Source of the DNA: Camelus dromedarius
Lineage: Eukaryota
Direction: 5' to 3'
Assembly (NCBI RefSeq): GCF_036321535.1
Contig: NC_087436.1
Span: 15,624,001-15,688,000 of the forward strand
DNA length: 64,000 nucleotides
Positions 1 through 19,945 of this stretch are shown in pieces. The position numbers and the translations under genes were made by a program. The notes below the pieces were generated by a model. The model was not told the DNA's origin and made no database searches. It saw nothing but the letters and a program-made list of their open reading frames with translations. The number at the start of each line of letters is the position of its first letter. Position 1 is the stretch's first letter.

Positions 1-1712
1 TCTAGTGTACAGCGTAATGCTTCAGCCATACATTCATTTTCATATTCTTTTTCACCATAAATTACTACAGGAAATTGAATATAGTTCCCTGTGCTATACA
101 GTATGAACTTACTGTTTATCTATTATATATATATATTAGTATCTGCAAATCTCGAACTTCCAATTTATCCCTTCCCACCCCTTTCCTCGCAGAACCATAA
201 GGTTGTTTTCTATGTCTGTCAGTTTCTGTTTTGTAAATAGGTTCATTTGTCTTTTTTTGTTTTGTTTTTTCAGGTTCCACATGTAAGTGATATCATGAGG
301 TATTTTTCTTTCTCTTTCTGTCTTACTTCACTTAGAATGACAATCTCCAGGTCCATCCATGTTGCTGCAAATGGCATTATTTTATTATTTCTTTATGGCT
401 GAGTAGTATTCCATTGTATAAATATACCACAACTTCTTTATCCAGTTGTCTGTAGATGGACATTGAGGTTGTTTCCATGTCTCAGGTATTGTAAATAGTG
501 CTGCTGTGAACATTGAGGTGTGTGTATTTTTTTGAATTAAGGTTCAAGAAGTGGAAAGACATCCCATGTTCTTGGATTGGAAGAATTAATATTATTAAAA
601 TGGCCATACTACCCAAAGTAATCTACAGATTTAATGTGATCCCTATCAAATTACCCAGGACATTTTTCACAGAACTAGGACAAATAATCCTAAAATTTAT
701 ATGGAATCACAAAAGACCCAGAATTGCCAAAGCAACACTGAAGAAAAAGAATGAAGCTGGAGAAATAACCCTCCCAGATTCAGACAGTACTACGGAGCTA
801 CAGTAATCAAAACAGCATGGTATTGGTACAAAAAGAGACATATGGATAAATGGAACAGAATAGAGAGCCCAGAAATAAACCTGCAAACTTGTGGTCAATT
901 AATCTTTGACAAAGGAGGAAAGAACATGGAATAAAGAAGTCTCTTCAGCAAATTCTGTTGGGAAAACTGGACAGCTGCATGTAAATCAATGAAGTTAGAA
1001 TACTCCCTCACACCATACACAAAAATAAATTCAAAATAAACACAAAAATACACTCAAAACTCAAAATAAACTTAAACATAAGACAAGACACTATAAACTT
1101 CTTAGAAGAAAACATAAGCAAAACATTATCTGACATAAATCTCAGCAACGTTCTCCTAGGACAGTCTACCCAGGCAATAGAAATAAAAGCAAAAATAATC
1201 TAATGAGACCTAATTAAACTTACAAACTTTTGCACAGCAAAGGAAACCATAAGCAAAACGAAACAACAATCTATGAAATGGGAGAAAGTGTTTGCAAAAG
1301 ATGAGACTGACAAGGGTTTAATTTCCAGAATATATAAACAGCTCATACAACTTAATAACAAAAAAACAAACAACCCAATCCAAAAATGGGCAGATGACCT
1401 AAACAAGCAATTCTCCAGTGAAGACATACAAGTGGCCAATAGGCAGATGAAAAAATGCTCAGTATTGCTAATTATCAGAGAAGTGCAAATCAAAACTACA
1501 ATGAGGTATTACCTCACAACAGTTAGAATGGCCATCATTCAAAAGTCCATGAATGATAAATGCTGGAGAGGGTGTGGAGAAAAGGGAACCCTCCTACACT
1601 ATTGGTGGAAATGTAGTTTGGGGCAGCCATTGTGGAAAACAGTTTGGACATTCCTCAAGACTAAAAATAGACTTACCATATGATCCAGCAATCCCTCTCC
1701 TGGGCATATATC
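1..1712 (-). mobile_element. L1 LINE with a 5' inversion: antisense 3' part (1-545) fused to a sense ORF2 fragment (546-1712)
   Basis: L1 3'UTR on the - strand; decayed ORF2 peptides on the + strand ([28 protein letters not shown]...). Confidence 0.92.
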
Positions 1713-2339
1713 TCTGTTCTTTTTTTTTAAACGGCTTTATTGAGATATAATTCGCATACCATATACTTCACCCATTCCCTGTTAGTTTTTAAAACCATTT
1801 CCTTGGGTCCTTTCAGTGTGTTTCTCAGATATTCACTGCCTCCTTTTCTAATCAACAGACAAATAAGTGGGTTGAGGTGTATAAGAGAAGGATTTTCCAA
1901 GTACAGAGGACAGATTAAGACCTTGAGGTAGAAATGGGATGACGGAATGAGAAGAATATTGCTGTGGGTAAGAAGGGAAAAAGCAAATAAGTAAGGTAGG
2001 TGTCCTAGATGATTTATAAAGTAAATGGTAAAAAACTTGGGCTTGTGCCTTTCTTCACCTTGGTTAATGGGGCCTTATTATAAGGGTAGTGCGGGTAGGG
2101 GACAGAGAAGACCAGAAACAGCACACAGCCTCATGGAATCAAACCTTCCTCACTGATGTTTGGGTACCAAAGCCCTCTAGTGTTTTGCTTGTTAGCTCAT
2201 TTGTATTGAGTCTCATTATTTCTGCTTCTTGCCTATTTCTGCTGCTATCCTAGCTACCCTCTCTACCACCCTAGTTCCCTCATGGCCTCTGCATACCCAC
2301 ATGAGCCGTGGTGTGGGATTTTCTATTCTTCTATTCCTT

Positions 2340-3060
2340 GACCCTGCCTTCAGACCTCAGTGCCTTCTCATCCCACTGAGAATACAATTTGTAGTCCTTA
2401 CTGAGGCCTACCAGGGTGCTGCTCCCCTCTCAGTTCTCACCCCATCCCCCTGCTCACAGTACTCCAGTAGTGACCTCTGTTCTAACTCACACACACCTAG
2501 TGCCCTCCCACCTCAGAACCTTTGTACTGGCTGTTCTGTCTACCTGGAATGTTCTCTCCCAGGTATTTGTCTTGCTTCGCTCTTTCGTGCAGGCCTCTCT
2601 AAATGTCACCTCCTTAGAGATACTTCCCTGACCACCCTATCTAAAGTGGAATTCCCCCACCCTGATACCTTATCTGCTGCTTTTGTTTTATTTTTCTTTA
2701 CCAGACATTCTTGTACTTAACAGTATAATAAACATTTACAGTTGGCCCTCCGTAACCAGGGTTTTTGCACCTCTGGGATTGGTTGAATTGGAACTCACAG
2801 ATACGGAGAGTCGATTTACTGGGGCCATTTTATATAAGGAACTTGAACATTTTGGATTTTGGTATCCATGGAGGTCCTAGGACAAACCCACATGGATACT
2901 GAGGGAGGGCTGTATTTTGCATCTGGTTACTGTCTCTCTCCTCCACTGGAATGTAAACTCCTAGAACATAGGCTCTGTGTGTTGCATGTGCTGCCGTATC
3001 TTCAGTACCTAGAACAGTGCCTAGAACACAGTGGGCACTTAATACTGTTGATTGCATACT
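2340..3060 (+). mobile_element. L2 LINE 3' remnant
   Basis: Typical L2 motifs (aaatgtcacctcc...ttccctgaccaccctatctaaagt; tgtaaactcctaga...acctagaacagtgcct). Confidence 0.75.
2739..2912. mobile_element. Tigger/MER2-family MITE (TcMar) inserted in the L2
   Basis: Imperfect TIRs CAGTTGGCCCTCCGTA...TACTGAGGGAGGGCTG flanked by TA. Confidence 0.75.
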
Positions 3061-3844
3061 GACATACCATTAGGGCCCATGTTCAGATTTCCCAGGAGAA
3101 GGGTCTGTTGGGTTGTCCAGTATTTAGTGCATCTGTTGAGTAAGATGCTAGGCCAACTGCCCCACGACCTGCTAGGCAGCTCTTTAAGTCAGGTGCTCAT
3201 CCCTAGTTAAGTCCAACCAGGAGTGATCTGGACAGTGAGGTCATGTGGTCTTCTTTAGATACCACTTTCTTTCCATTTGAATGGGCTTGTCTCTACAAAA
3301 GTTTTAAATTTCAACTCGTTCATGAGAAAAATTTTGTCGGATTTCCATGCTGCAGAACCGTTGCTTCCTAAGGGTCTGGAGAAATGACAGGAAGCAGTGT
3401 TTTGACTCTTTTGACCTTTATGTCCTCTTGCTGTTATCGTGGCTCATACATTTGTGTGTTTTCTCTTCCTATTTATTCTCCAGTTCTTGATTTTAGTCTG
3501 TCCTTTCTTCTGCATTTTTCTTTCTTGCCCCTCCTCTCTCTCTTGTTCTTTTCTCTCAGCTGCCATTTTGCTTTGCCCTCTGTGTCATTCCAGAGCTTGC
3601 TTAGCTTGAATTGTTGTCTCTGAGAAACATTTCAGTTTACCTGCTTTGTGTACTGTTTGTTCCTTTGTGCCGTATAGCTGGAAAGAGGTAAGGAGAATGG
3701 CACTGAAACATTCTTTCCTCCCTTCATCCTTTTATGTAACTAGTATTTGAAAACCTCCTTTCTGTAAGATACTGTGCTGGGCTCTGGGCTATCTGAACAA
3801 AACACCCAGGTTCTTAGTTGGGGAAACAAAGAGATTCTGTGTTT

Positions 3845-4500
3845 TTCATTCATTCATTCCACAAATATTTATTAGGACTGGAATATAGTTGGTGGCAAAA
3901 ACTAAAATTCTTACTCTCGTGGACCTCATTACATTTTAGTAAGACAGACATACATTAATTAGACAATTACACAAATGAATGTTAAATGACAGCTATGTGG
4001 AGTCCTATCAAGGAGGGCTCCATAGTATTATGAGAATATGTATTGGAAGGATTTGTTCTCATCAGGAGAGCTAGGGACAGCTTCCTTGAGAAAGTGAAGA
4101 GTGAGTTGAGATCTGAAGGCACAGTAAGAACTAAGTAGGCAAAGGCAGTAAGGAAGAGGAAATAGCAGATAAAAAATTCCAGTGCTTAGAAGAGGCTTGG
4201 AGTATCTGAGGAAGTGAGAGCACAGAGAGCAAGTGGGGTGAGGCCGAATGAGGCTAAAGAGGCAGACTGGGGTCAGATCCAGCATGGCTTCATAGGTCCT
4301 GTTGGAGACTTCGGTCCTCATTCTGGACTGCTGTACACAGGGGAAAGGGTAGAAAAGTATTTTTTAAATCTTTATTTTTAAAACACTAGTCTGAATTGTG
4401 TGGAGAATAAATGAAGTTGAGCATAAGTGTAAGTGACGAAACAGAATGGCAGTTAGGAGGCTCTAGTGGGAGTCTAGATGAGAGGTGAGGTTAGGGGGTT
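3845..4500 (-). mobile_element. L2 LINE remnant
   Basis: (CATT)n tail followed by caaatatttatt and L2 body. Confidence 0.7.
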
Positions 4501-5371
4501 AGCAAAGATTTTAAATTTCCAGACCTACCCTCACTTCCTATTAAGTGTATTTATCCAAAAAATTGTTTTTGAAGGTTGACTTACCATAAAGGACACAGAT
4601 GCAACAAAACTAAATTCGTTCAAATGAGAAAGGATGATTGAAATAAAAAGGGTATGAGTAGAATTATACCAGATAGTATAGGATAAAGATAATGACTGAA
4701 ATCGAGTATAAAGCTTAACTCTGAACACCTGGAAGCCTAGGCAGAAGAGGAAATAGAATAGGTCATGTGATTATTTAACAAAAAGAAGCATGCTAGTTAA
4801 GCAAGGGATATAATCTTTTCCTTATAAACATTTAAAGTACTTTATAATAGAAATGACATTAAACAACCTGGGTAGGTCCAGATTATTGAAACCCAAGACC
4901 TCACCTCTTGAGATTATTGCATTAATCCATTTTTAGTGGTATCACATTGATATTTCAAAAAGTAAAAATTTCAGAAATACACAGAGCTGAACTACATACA
5001 TGGATTTCTTATTTGACACCTTGCCACAGAGGAGAAGCATAAGATAGTGGAGGAAGTACAAAAACACAGACCTGGCAAGAAACTCGTAATGCAACCCATG
5101 GACATGAAGTGAGCCCTTAATATACTTTCTTGAGGACCTTTCCTTTTGCCTTCACAGATACTTGTTTTCTTGCCTGCTTCTGTCGCCGTTTAATTTGTGT
5201 CCATAAATGCTTATTCATAGAATTCATCCTTCCTGCCTTGCAAGATGCATAGTCAGGGACAAAGAATGCCATGCACAGAAGTGGCATCTTTATTCCTCAG
5301 CTGTTCACATTCCAAGCAGTAAAACATACTTCCAGAATCAAGAACCTCAAAAAGAAATTATTTCTGATTAT

Positions 5372-5377
5372 TTTATT
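5372..5377 (-). terminator. Candidate polyadenylation signal (AATAAA) for PRSS48; a second one is at 5289-5294
   Basis: TTTATT on the + strand about 110 nt past the stop codon. Confidence 0.5.
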
Positions 5378-5489
5378 GAAGTCATCCAGAGTTCCCAGTG
5401 ACCCTCCTTATGAGTTTTCTGCCCCTGAGGTGTATTCTCAGTGCCTTCCCTTTCTAGCCCTGTTTGGCCAGGAGTTTCAGCTATACTGC

Positions 5490-12173
<6,684 letters not shown>

Positions 12174-12450
12174 TTTCCTGTCCTCAGAGTCAGCACCTCC
12201 AGCTCTCTGGACTCAGGCTTCCAGGGAGAGGCCTGCTGGGGAGCAGCTGGAGAAGAGGGGCGGGACTGCTTCTCCTCCTAAATCTCCTAGATGGATTCCT
12301 TAGCTTCACCCCCCTCCTCTTTTCTGGTCTTCACCCTGCGCCAGGCACTGAAGGGACCAGGCCTGAGAAGTGCAGCTGAGGACCCAGGGGGAGGAGCTGG
12401 GGCTTGAGGTGCCCCCTGCTGTCCAGGGAGAGCAGGGTGTCTGGAGCTTC
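12174..12450 (-). promoter_or_regulatory. PRSS48 5'UTR/proximal promoter with GC box (12257-12265) and CTCF-like motif (12408-12424)
   Basis: Lies directly upstream of the ATG; GGGGCGGGA and (-)ACAGCAGGGGGCAC motifs; block is conserved with the paralogue at 26036-26295. Confidence 0.6.
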
Positions 12451-12669
12451 TGCCTCCAGAGCCTAGAGGAGGTGGGGAGGGGTGGGTACAGTAGCTGCCT
12501 GCCCAGGGCAGGTTGGAGGGCACTGAAAGGAACAGAACCCTTTCTCTAGCAGAAAAACAGAAGAGGGCAAGATTCTTCAAAAGCAGGAAGTGGGAAAGAG
12601 GAAATTAACCTGGCTAATTTTTTCCAATTTTTTTGTTTTCATGTTTATTTACAATGTTAGCTATAGAAT

Positions 12670-13098
12670 ATACTGCGAGTCAGATTTTCTGGGAAATAGA
12701 CTCTATGACAGAGATTTGTGTGCAAGAAGTTTATTGGGGAGTGGTCTTAGGATCAACCCCTTGAGGGAGGATGGAAGCAGGATAGGGCAGAGAGCTCGCT
12801 CATGTAATGTATTTGCAGAAGAGGCCTCAGCCAATCCCACGAGTTGCTCTGAGCTGGGGTGGCCCTTTGAAGGTGTCCTCAACTGAGACTAGAAGGCCAG
12901 GCCCTTGGACTTCTGAATGACTGGATGAAGGTTCCCTCCGTGGAGTGAGCATTGCTTTGGGTGAGGTGGCTTTGGCCGCCGTTCTTGGATTTGGAGTTGG
13001 CTTTGAACTGTCAGCAGCAGGCGCCCCTGGTTGCTAGGGAACTGAAAGCTTCAGTCCTGAAGAGGGGTCTGTGTGGTTCAGCGTAGCATCTGCCACAG
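12670..13098 (-). mobile_element. Old MLT1 (H/I/J-like) LTR
   Basis: gacagagatttgtgtgcaagaagtttattgggga...gcctcagccaatcccac. Confidence 0.7.
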
Positions 13099-13337
13099 AA
13101 TTCTTCTCCGTGCCTTTTATGTTTTCTGTACTAGGTCTGTGGAGGCAGAATTCAGTGAAGTGTTAAAGCATGTTATTGCTCTCTTGCAGCTTAAAATTTT
13201 GGGAAGTTTGAAAGAAACACATGAATAATTTTTAAAAATAATAGAAGACCAGAACCTGTAGCTGTTTTGGTAAAAGTTACTCAGTTCCAACAGAGACTCC
13301 CTTAAACTAGTTTAAAGAGGGATTATTTTAAAGATAT

Positions 13338-13729
13338 TTTTATGGGCTGAAACATGTCTCCCCCTACCCCAAATTTGTATGTTGCAGTCCTAACCCCGAC
13401 TACCTTAGAATGTGACCATATTTAGAGATAGTATCTCTAAAGAGGTAATTCAGGTTAAAAGGTCATTAGGTGGGCTTTAATCCAGTATGACTGTTGTCCT
13501 TACAAGAAGAGGAAGTTTGGACACAGACACATACAGAGGGAGAAGACAGCTATCTACAAGCCAAGGAAATCTAGACAGATCTTTCCCTCACGTCCCTCAG
13601 GAGAAATCAGCTATGCTGACACCTTGATCTCAGACGTCTCACCTCTAGAACTGGGAGAAAATACAGTTCTGTTGTTTAAGTCCTCTAGTCTATGAGACTT
13701 TGTTATGGCAGCCCTAGCAAACCAATACA
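13338..13729 (+). mobile_element. MLT1 (B/C-like) MaLR solo LTR
   Basis: tatgggctgaa...cttagaatgtgacc...ttgttatggcagccctagcaaaccaataca. Confidence 0.85.
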
Positions 13730-15676
13730 GGTATCTGAGGGACAGTAAGGAGAACAGGGTAACAAGGACATCTGGGGCTATCGTAGGACAGACCTGGAGA
13801 CCAGAGCAGAGACCGGAGCTGGAAGGGGGCTCTGGATCCATGACAGCTTGAGAGTTCAGAGCAGGAGTTCTGGATCCCCACTTCGGTCCTCTGCCGTCGG
13901 TGTGTTTCAACCACGTTCCACGCCTGTTCATTCTGTCCCACTATAAACTACACAAGTTTGTCCTTATTTTCAGTTCAAATTCCCAAGACTTTGAACAGAT
14001 TACCTTTTATTACCAGGCCGTAGGTTCATAGTTGTGGACTAAGGTCTGCAGTTAAGTGCCCTTACGCATCATGAGGATGCAGAAATATGGCTAGCTAAGC
14101 AGCAGGGACTGTTGTGGTGGGGTAGATGCCAGATTGGCTGCATCTCAGTACAGTAAGATGTTTGCCTCTTGCAATACCTTTTTTCAGACTTTAGAAGTGA
14201 ACACTTCAGAAAAAATAATTCTTCAGCTACTTGTTTCCTAACTGCCACAACTATGAATTTTTACCTAATTTTTGTTTTTTAGATCTAGCTGTCTTCATTT
14301 GTGACTGCTTGACAGGGGTGAAAATCTACTACTATTACAGTTATGTTTGCTCTCCCGTACATTTTTAATGGTTCTTGTTTTATGCATCCCATTTTTGTTT
14401 GTGTATGGTTTATACATTCATTCTGGTTATGTGCCTATCACTCACTGTGCTTTTTATCAGTATATAATGACGCTCTTAGTACTTTCCACCTTAATTTTTT
14501 TTCTGAAATTAATATTGCAACCTGCAATTTTGTCCTGTTCATTTAATTGAAGAAAAGATTCCTTATTCATATCATAATTGGTATTTCTTTTTCATATCAC
14601 AATTGGTGTTTCTTATTCACATCACACTTGGTATTCCAATTAATTTATTGTATTTATAGGCAATTTTAACTATTTAGTCAGTTTACTTCAGTATATCTTT
14701 TAAAAAAGTCAGACCTCAGTTTGAGATTTGCCTTCAAGTCATGTTTGGAATAAAGGTCGTCATTTTGCAGAGATACTAAAGCTCTGAGCAGGTCTTTATG
14801 TTGATTTATCAAAGGAACAAAAATTTGACCTGACACTCCTCTCCCTCTGAGGGTCCTGTGATTGTCCTAGGCCTTTGGACTTTTATATCCCTGGACAATT
14901 CTGAAGTCACTGAACAGTCTTTACTTGTTTGTTGAGTTATTCACAGAATTTCTTTTCCCTTTTGTTTAAATGTTTTATAAAAATTTATTTTTGATTTTGG
15001 CTCCAATTTAGTTGGAAATAAACTTTATTGAAAGTAACTAAGAGACGAGCTCCTTACAGTGAAAATTGGAAGTAAAAGGAAGGAATTAAAGTTATCTTGC
15101 TTGTCCTGTCCAAAGTGCAGTTCAGAGTAACAAAATGGATTTAGTAGATAAGGGAAGAATTTCAGCTAATAAATTATTGGTTGGAATGATAGAATTTGAA
15201 AGCAATACATACAGCTCCTCCTGAGATAACTGATTCAGGGAATGATTATCAGTAGTTGAAAGTTTTAGTTTAAAGGTCAATGGAGTGCTCAGGCTGTCAC
15301 CATTTGAAGCCTCTGTTCAATCCTAGCATTATGAAAAGTGGGATAAGGCAGACATGAGCCTGATGTGACATAATAGGAAGGAATATCCAGTGAAGAATTC
15401 TTGTCCAAAAAAGTGAAACTGGAATCTCTAAAGCTCCTTCCACTTACAGCAAATACAGAGGATAAAGGAATAAGTTAAATGACAAGACATAGAAGTTAAC
15501 AGTCAAATCCAGAATGTGAGACATACTATAAAATAACTAACCTGGTTTCTATAATAAGTCAATGGTATGAAGGTACAAAGGGAGGGAAAATCCTCTAGGT
15601 GAAAAGAAACTTAAGAGACACAAGTATGTGTGGCCCCTGTTTGGATCCTGATTTAACAAATTAACTCTAAGAAGAC

Positions 15677-16522
15677 TTTTTTTTTTTGCTTATGCAAATT
15701 TTTATTTTATTTATTTAAAAAAAGGTTTTTTTAGAAATGTTCTTTTTTTAACATTTTTTATTGAGTTATAGTCATTTTACAATGTTGTGTCAAATTCCAG
15801 TGTAGAGCACAATTTTTCAGTTATACATGAACATACATATATTCATTGTCACATTTCTTTTTTTCACTGTGAGCTACCACAGATCTTGTATATATTTCCC
15901 TGTTCTATACAGTATAATCTTGTTTATCTATTCTACGTTTTGAAATCCCAGTCTGTCCCTTCCCACCCCCCTCCCCCTTGGCAACCACAAGTTTGTATTC
16001 TATGTCTATGAGTTTGTTTCTGTTTTGTATTTATGTTTTGTTTTTGGTTTTTTTTTTAGATTCCACATATGAGCGATCTCATATGGTATTTTTCTTTCTC
16101 TTTCTGGCTTACTTCTCTTAGAAAGGCATTCTCCAGGGGCATCCATGTTGCTGCAAATGGCATTATGTTGTCATTTTTATGGCTGAATAATATTCCATTG
16201 TATAACTATACCACAGCTTCTTTATCCAGTCATCTGTTGATGGACATTTAGGCTGTCTCCATGTCTTGGCTATTGTAAATAGTGCTGCTATGAACATTGG
16301 GGTGCAAGTGTCATTTTGAAGTAGGGTTCCTTCTGGATATATGCCCAGGAGCGGGATTCCTGGGTCATACGGTAGTCTAATCCTAGTCTTTTGAGGAATC
16401 TCCATACTGTTTTCCACAGTGGCTGTACCAACCTGCATTCCCACCAGTAGTGTAGGAGGGTTCCATTTTCTCCACAGCCTCTCCAGCATTTGTCGTTTGT
16501 GGACTTTTGAATGATGGCCATT
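15677..16522 (-). mobile_element. Young 5'-truncated L1 with TSD and double poly(A) tail, inserted in an older L1M remnant (about 15100-16660)
   Basis: TSD TCTAAGAAGAC at 15666-15676 and 16523-16533; ORF2 C-terminal peptide (LPYDPGIPLLGIYP...MEYYSAIK). Confidence 0.92.
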
Positions 16523-17085
16523 TCTAAGAAGACATTCTGATACAATAAAGGACATAGATATATTGATATCAAGGAACTGGATATTAGATAGTATGAAGAA
16601 ATTATTGTTTATCTTGTTAAGTGTAATAATAATATTGAGCTATGTAAGAAAATGTCCATTTTTAAAGAGAGAGTTGGAACCTACGAGTCCTCTCTAAATC
16701 TAAGTTAATCACTTCTATCATATTGGAGAAATGTACTCCAGTTTTCATTTCACAGCAATTCTGTCATTTTTATGTGGATGACTACGTGACCTTAAACAAG
16801 TCACCTTTCCCGTGTGGCCTGTGTTTATCTACTGTACCGTGAAGGCACTGGAATCAGCTGATGATCTGGAAGATTCTTTACAGATGTAACATTGAATTAT
16901 GAATTGCTTATCTGTTTATCTGTATTTATTTATCTTTGTCTATTGCTTCCATTATCCCTCTACAAATATTTTCTTGTTTTTGGTTTAGCAATCAAGAAAC
17001 ATGTTGGTTCTGCCATTTTAATGCTCCCTTGCTTCTTCTAAGATAAGGAAGTACCAAGGAGTTGAAAGCAAGAGAGTAGGTGCTT

Positions 17086-17289
17086 TATAAGATCTTGTGG
17101 TAGCTCACAGTGAAAAAAAAAAAAAGTGACAAATATATATATATGTTCATGTATAACTGAAAAATTGTGCTCTACACTGGAATTTGACACAACATTGTAA
17201 ACTGACTATAACTCAATAAAAAAGTTAAATAAAATAAATTTCAAAAAATAAATTAAATAAATAAAAAACACTTCAAAAAAAAAAAAAAA
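17086..17289 (+). mobile_element. Short young L1 3' end with TSD
   Basis: Same 3'UTR as the 15.7 kb copy; TSD AGAGTAGGTGCTT on both sides; A-rich tail. Confidence 0.9.
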
Positions 17290-17771
17290 GAGTAGGTGCT
17301 TAATGTCCACTCTAGAGACTTTCCTGAAGACAGCTCTTAATGGCTTTCTGTCTCTCTCATCATGCTCTGTCTCTAGGCACTAGATTCTCTGTTCCCACAT
17401 CATTACCCTGTTATCATTAAAGTTATCTTTAAATACCTGTACTGTATGCAGTAACAGTTGGTTTGGAAAGTGGCAATGTCGTGGTGTTGGTAAGAGCTTT
17501 ATTACATGCCATGTGGCTGTTGCCTAGTTACAACCTTTTCATCTCAGCAAAATGGGAATAATAGTACCCCACAAAATTTCTCTAAGAATTACATGAGATA
17601 GAGGGCAAGTACTTAGCTTAGGTTCGGGCTATTTCAGCACACAATGATAAATAGTAGCTGCTGTTTTATTTTTGTTTCTGTTGAATATCCCAGTTTTAAG
17701 TATCAACTTAATTCTGGGCAAACAGGTCATCTTGGTGATAGCTTAGATTGACGTTGGTGGTGCCTGTTGAC

Positions 17772-17988
17772 CAGGATTTGGCATCTTTGGCACTATTGAT
17801 GTTTTGGGCCAGATGATTCTTTCCTGTGGGGGCTGTCCTGTGCGTTGTGGGATGTTAAGCGGCATCTCTGGCCTTAACGTACCAGATGGCAGGAGTACCA
17901 CCCACACCTAATTGTGACAGTCAAAAATGTTTCCAAACATTGCCAAATGTCCCCTGAGGAGCAGAATCACCTTTGGTTGAGAACGCTG
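17772..17988 (+). mobile_element. MER20 hAT-Charlie DNA transposon
   Basis: ggcactattgat...ttgtgacagtcaaaaatgtttccaaacattgccaaatgtcccctg...ggttgagaac. Confidence 0.85.
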
Positions 17989-18984
17989 CTGTAGAGTAAG
18001 GATTCCACTTTAGGAATGCAATCTACTCTTGAGCACCCTGAGATTAAAACAGGGACAACAGTAGATATGCAAGTTTTGTAGCTTTTTCTCTGTAGTTCCA
18101 GGAAGAGCAAATGGATTCCATTGTTTCTTTTCCAATTCAGTCCATCAGATCAATCTGTTATGTTGGAAAATGAATAAATCCCTTTATAAAACAGTCTCCT
18201 AAAGAATAATTGATTTCTCCAGCACATATGCAGCAGTCCCTGGCCTTTGCCTTTTCTGTCACCTTGCAGCAGTGTCGATTGCCTATGCCTCCATTAAAAG
18301 ATCCAGTCTAGTCTTAGTTCTTGAACTTGGACAAGAAATTTTTAGTTCAGCTTTAGTTCCACTAACCAGTATGTCCCGGAACTAGTCTGTATACTTGCCA
18401 TCTATTATGCAAGGCCTAGGCCTGAACAGCCTTTCAGAGACCGCCTTCCTCTTCCTGCTCTTTGCCTTACTGGCCAATCTATAGTTTCCCTTGTCCACAC
18501 TCACCTTCTCCACAGGGAGTGATCCTGCCCTGAGCTCCGTCATACTTGCCTGGGGTCCTACTGCCCTTTAACTAGTTCCCCTTTGCAAGAGTTGGTCCTG
18601 TTCTTTTGATCAGTAAAATAAAATGTTTTTATGTGTATTCACTTGTGCTCATACTAAATGAATTCTGCTTTCGGTTTTGACAGCCTGGCTTTCTATAGTC
18701 TATTGCTCTCATTTTGTTATTCAGAAAATAAGATTTGATACTTTCTGTTTGCAAGACACCAAAACAGGTGCTATTAGAAGATCATGAAGATGTCTAGGAC
18801 AGCAGTTTCTCTTTTCAAGGCTGGTCTTACCTATTCAGAAGAAGTAAAGCTGTGTGCACCCAAATAATTACAAATGGAAATTGAACTATAAGAGGTACAA
18901 ATAACTAGAACCAAGGGGCAGATATGATTTTGGCATTTTATAAGGAAGACCTTTATTAGAGCTTTCTAACAGTAAGTGGGGGTA

Positions 18985-19230
18985 ATTTGGTGTAGTGGAA
19001 AGAGAAGTCTTTTGAGTCAGGCAATCCTGGATAAATCTGTTTAATATTAGCAGTGTGATCTTAGGCAAGTTACTTAACCTCTCTGATCCTCAGTTTTGTG
19101 TGTGTGTGTGTGTGTGTGTTATAATTGTAAAAGTAGGATAAATAGTACCTTCTTGAGTTGTTAGGGCGAAATAGGATAATTTTTAAAGTGACCAGAATAG
19201 TAACTGATATAGAGAAGGCATAAAGTAAAT
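18985..19230 (+). mobile_element. MIR SINE containing a (TG)n microsatellite (19097-19118)
   Basis: MIR core gtgatcttaggcaagttacttaacctctctgatcctcagttt. Confidence 0.8.
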
Positions 19231-19945
19231 ACAAATTCCTGCCATAGTTAGAAGTGAGATATAGATACCATGGGACCCAAAGAATCCACTTAGGCAGGTC
19301 TGCTGATTTGGCTCAAGTCATCTCAATCTAGGCTCTGGACTCTTAGCTTTTTAGCTTCTGAAATTCTTGTCAGAGCACCTAGAAAAGATCAAAGTCAAGA
19401 GACTTACTCACTGAAACTTAAGAGACTTGTGTATGAACCAGAATGTTCATTTGCAGTAAGGACTCTTCATTTTTGTCATTTGGAATTTTCATTTTTCCCA
19501 ACCAGGGCACATCTTGATATTGAGTAGGGAGACCAAATTAGTATGTGGGTGGGTAGGGGGGTGGTTTGAAGAGTCTTGGGATCAGAATGAGTGGAAGAGG
19601 CTTGATATCATAAGCATTTCACTCACTAGGATGAAATATCACTTCTTTGCAAAGACTGAGTGAAAGAGCACTTCTCCATAACAGAACATGTTTTTCTAAA
19701 TAAATCCAAACTTATATTCACCAGACTCAGAGTCTCTCTCCCTTCAGGGTCTAGGGTCTGATGAACACAGAGTTATCTGGCTTTTGCGTTCTTAGATTCC
19801 ATGACAACCATTCCCTTTCCTAATACTGATTTTCTTCAATTAGTGCCAAATGCTGATGATTATATTGAAGCTTTCCCAGTTATGATATCATTCCTGGTAT
19901 GCTGCTTTGAGATTATACCCAAAGCTTCAAGGTTAGCTTTTTTCT

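Noticed and set aside
513..1750. ORFs with reverse-transcriptase-associated L1 ORF2 peptides (also 16163-16572 and 47523-49334)
   Set aside because: Fragmented, frameshifted, 5'-truncated L1 copies; not functional genes or a novel RT system
2229..2720. 163-aa + strand ORF
   Set aside because: Lies in a pyrimidine-rich L2 remnant, has a non-ATG start and low-complexity composition
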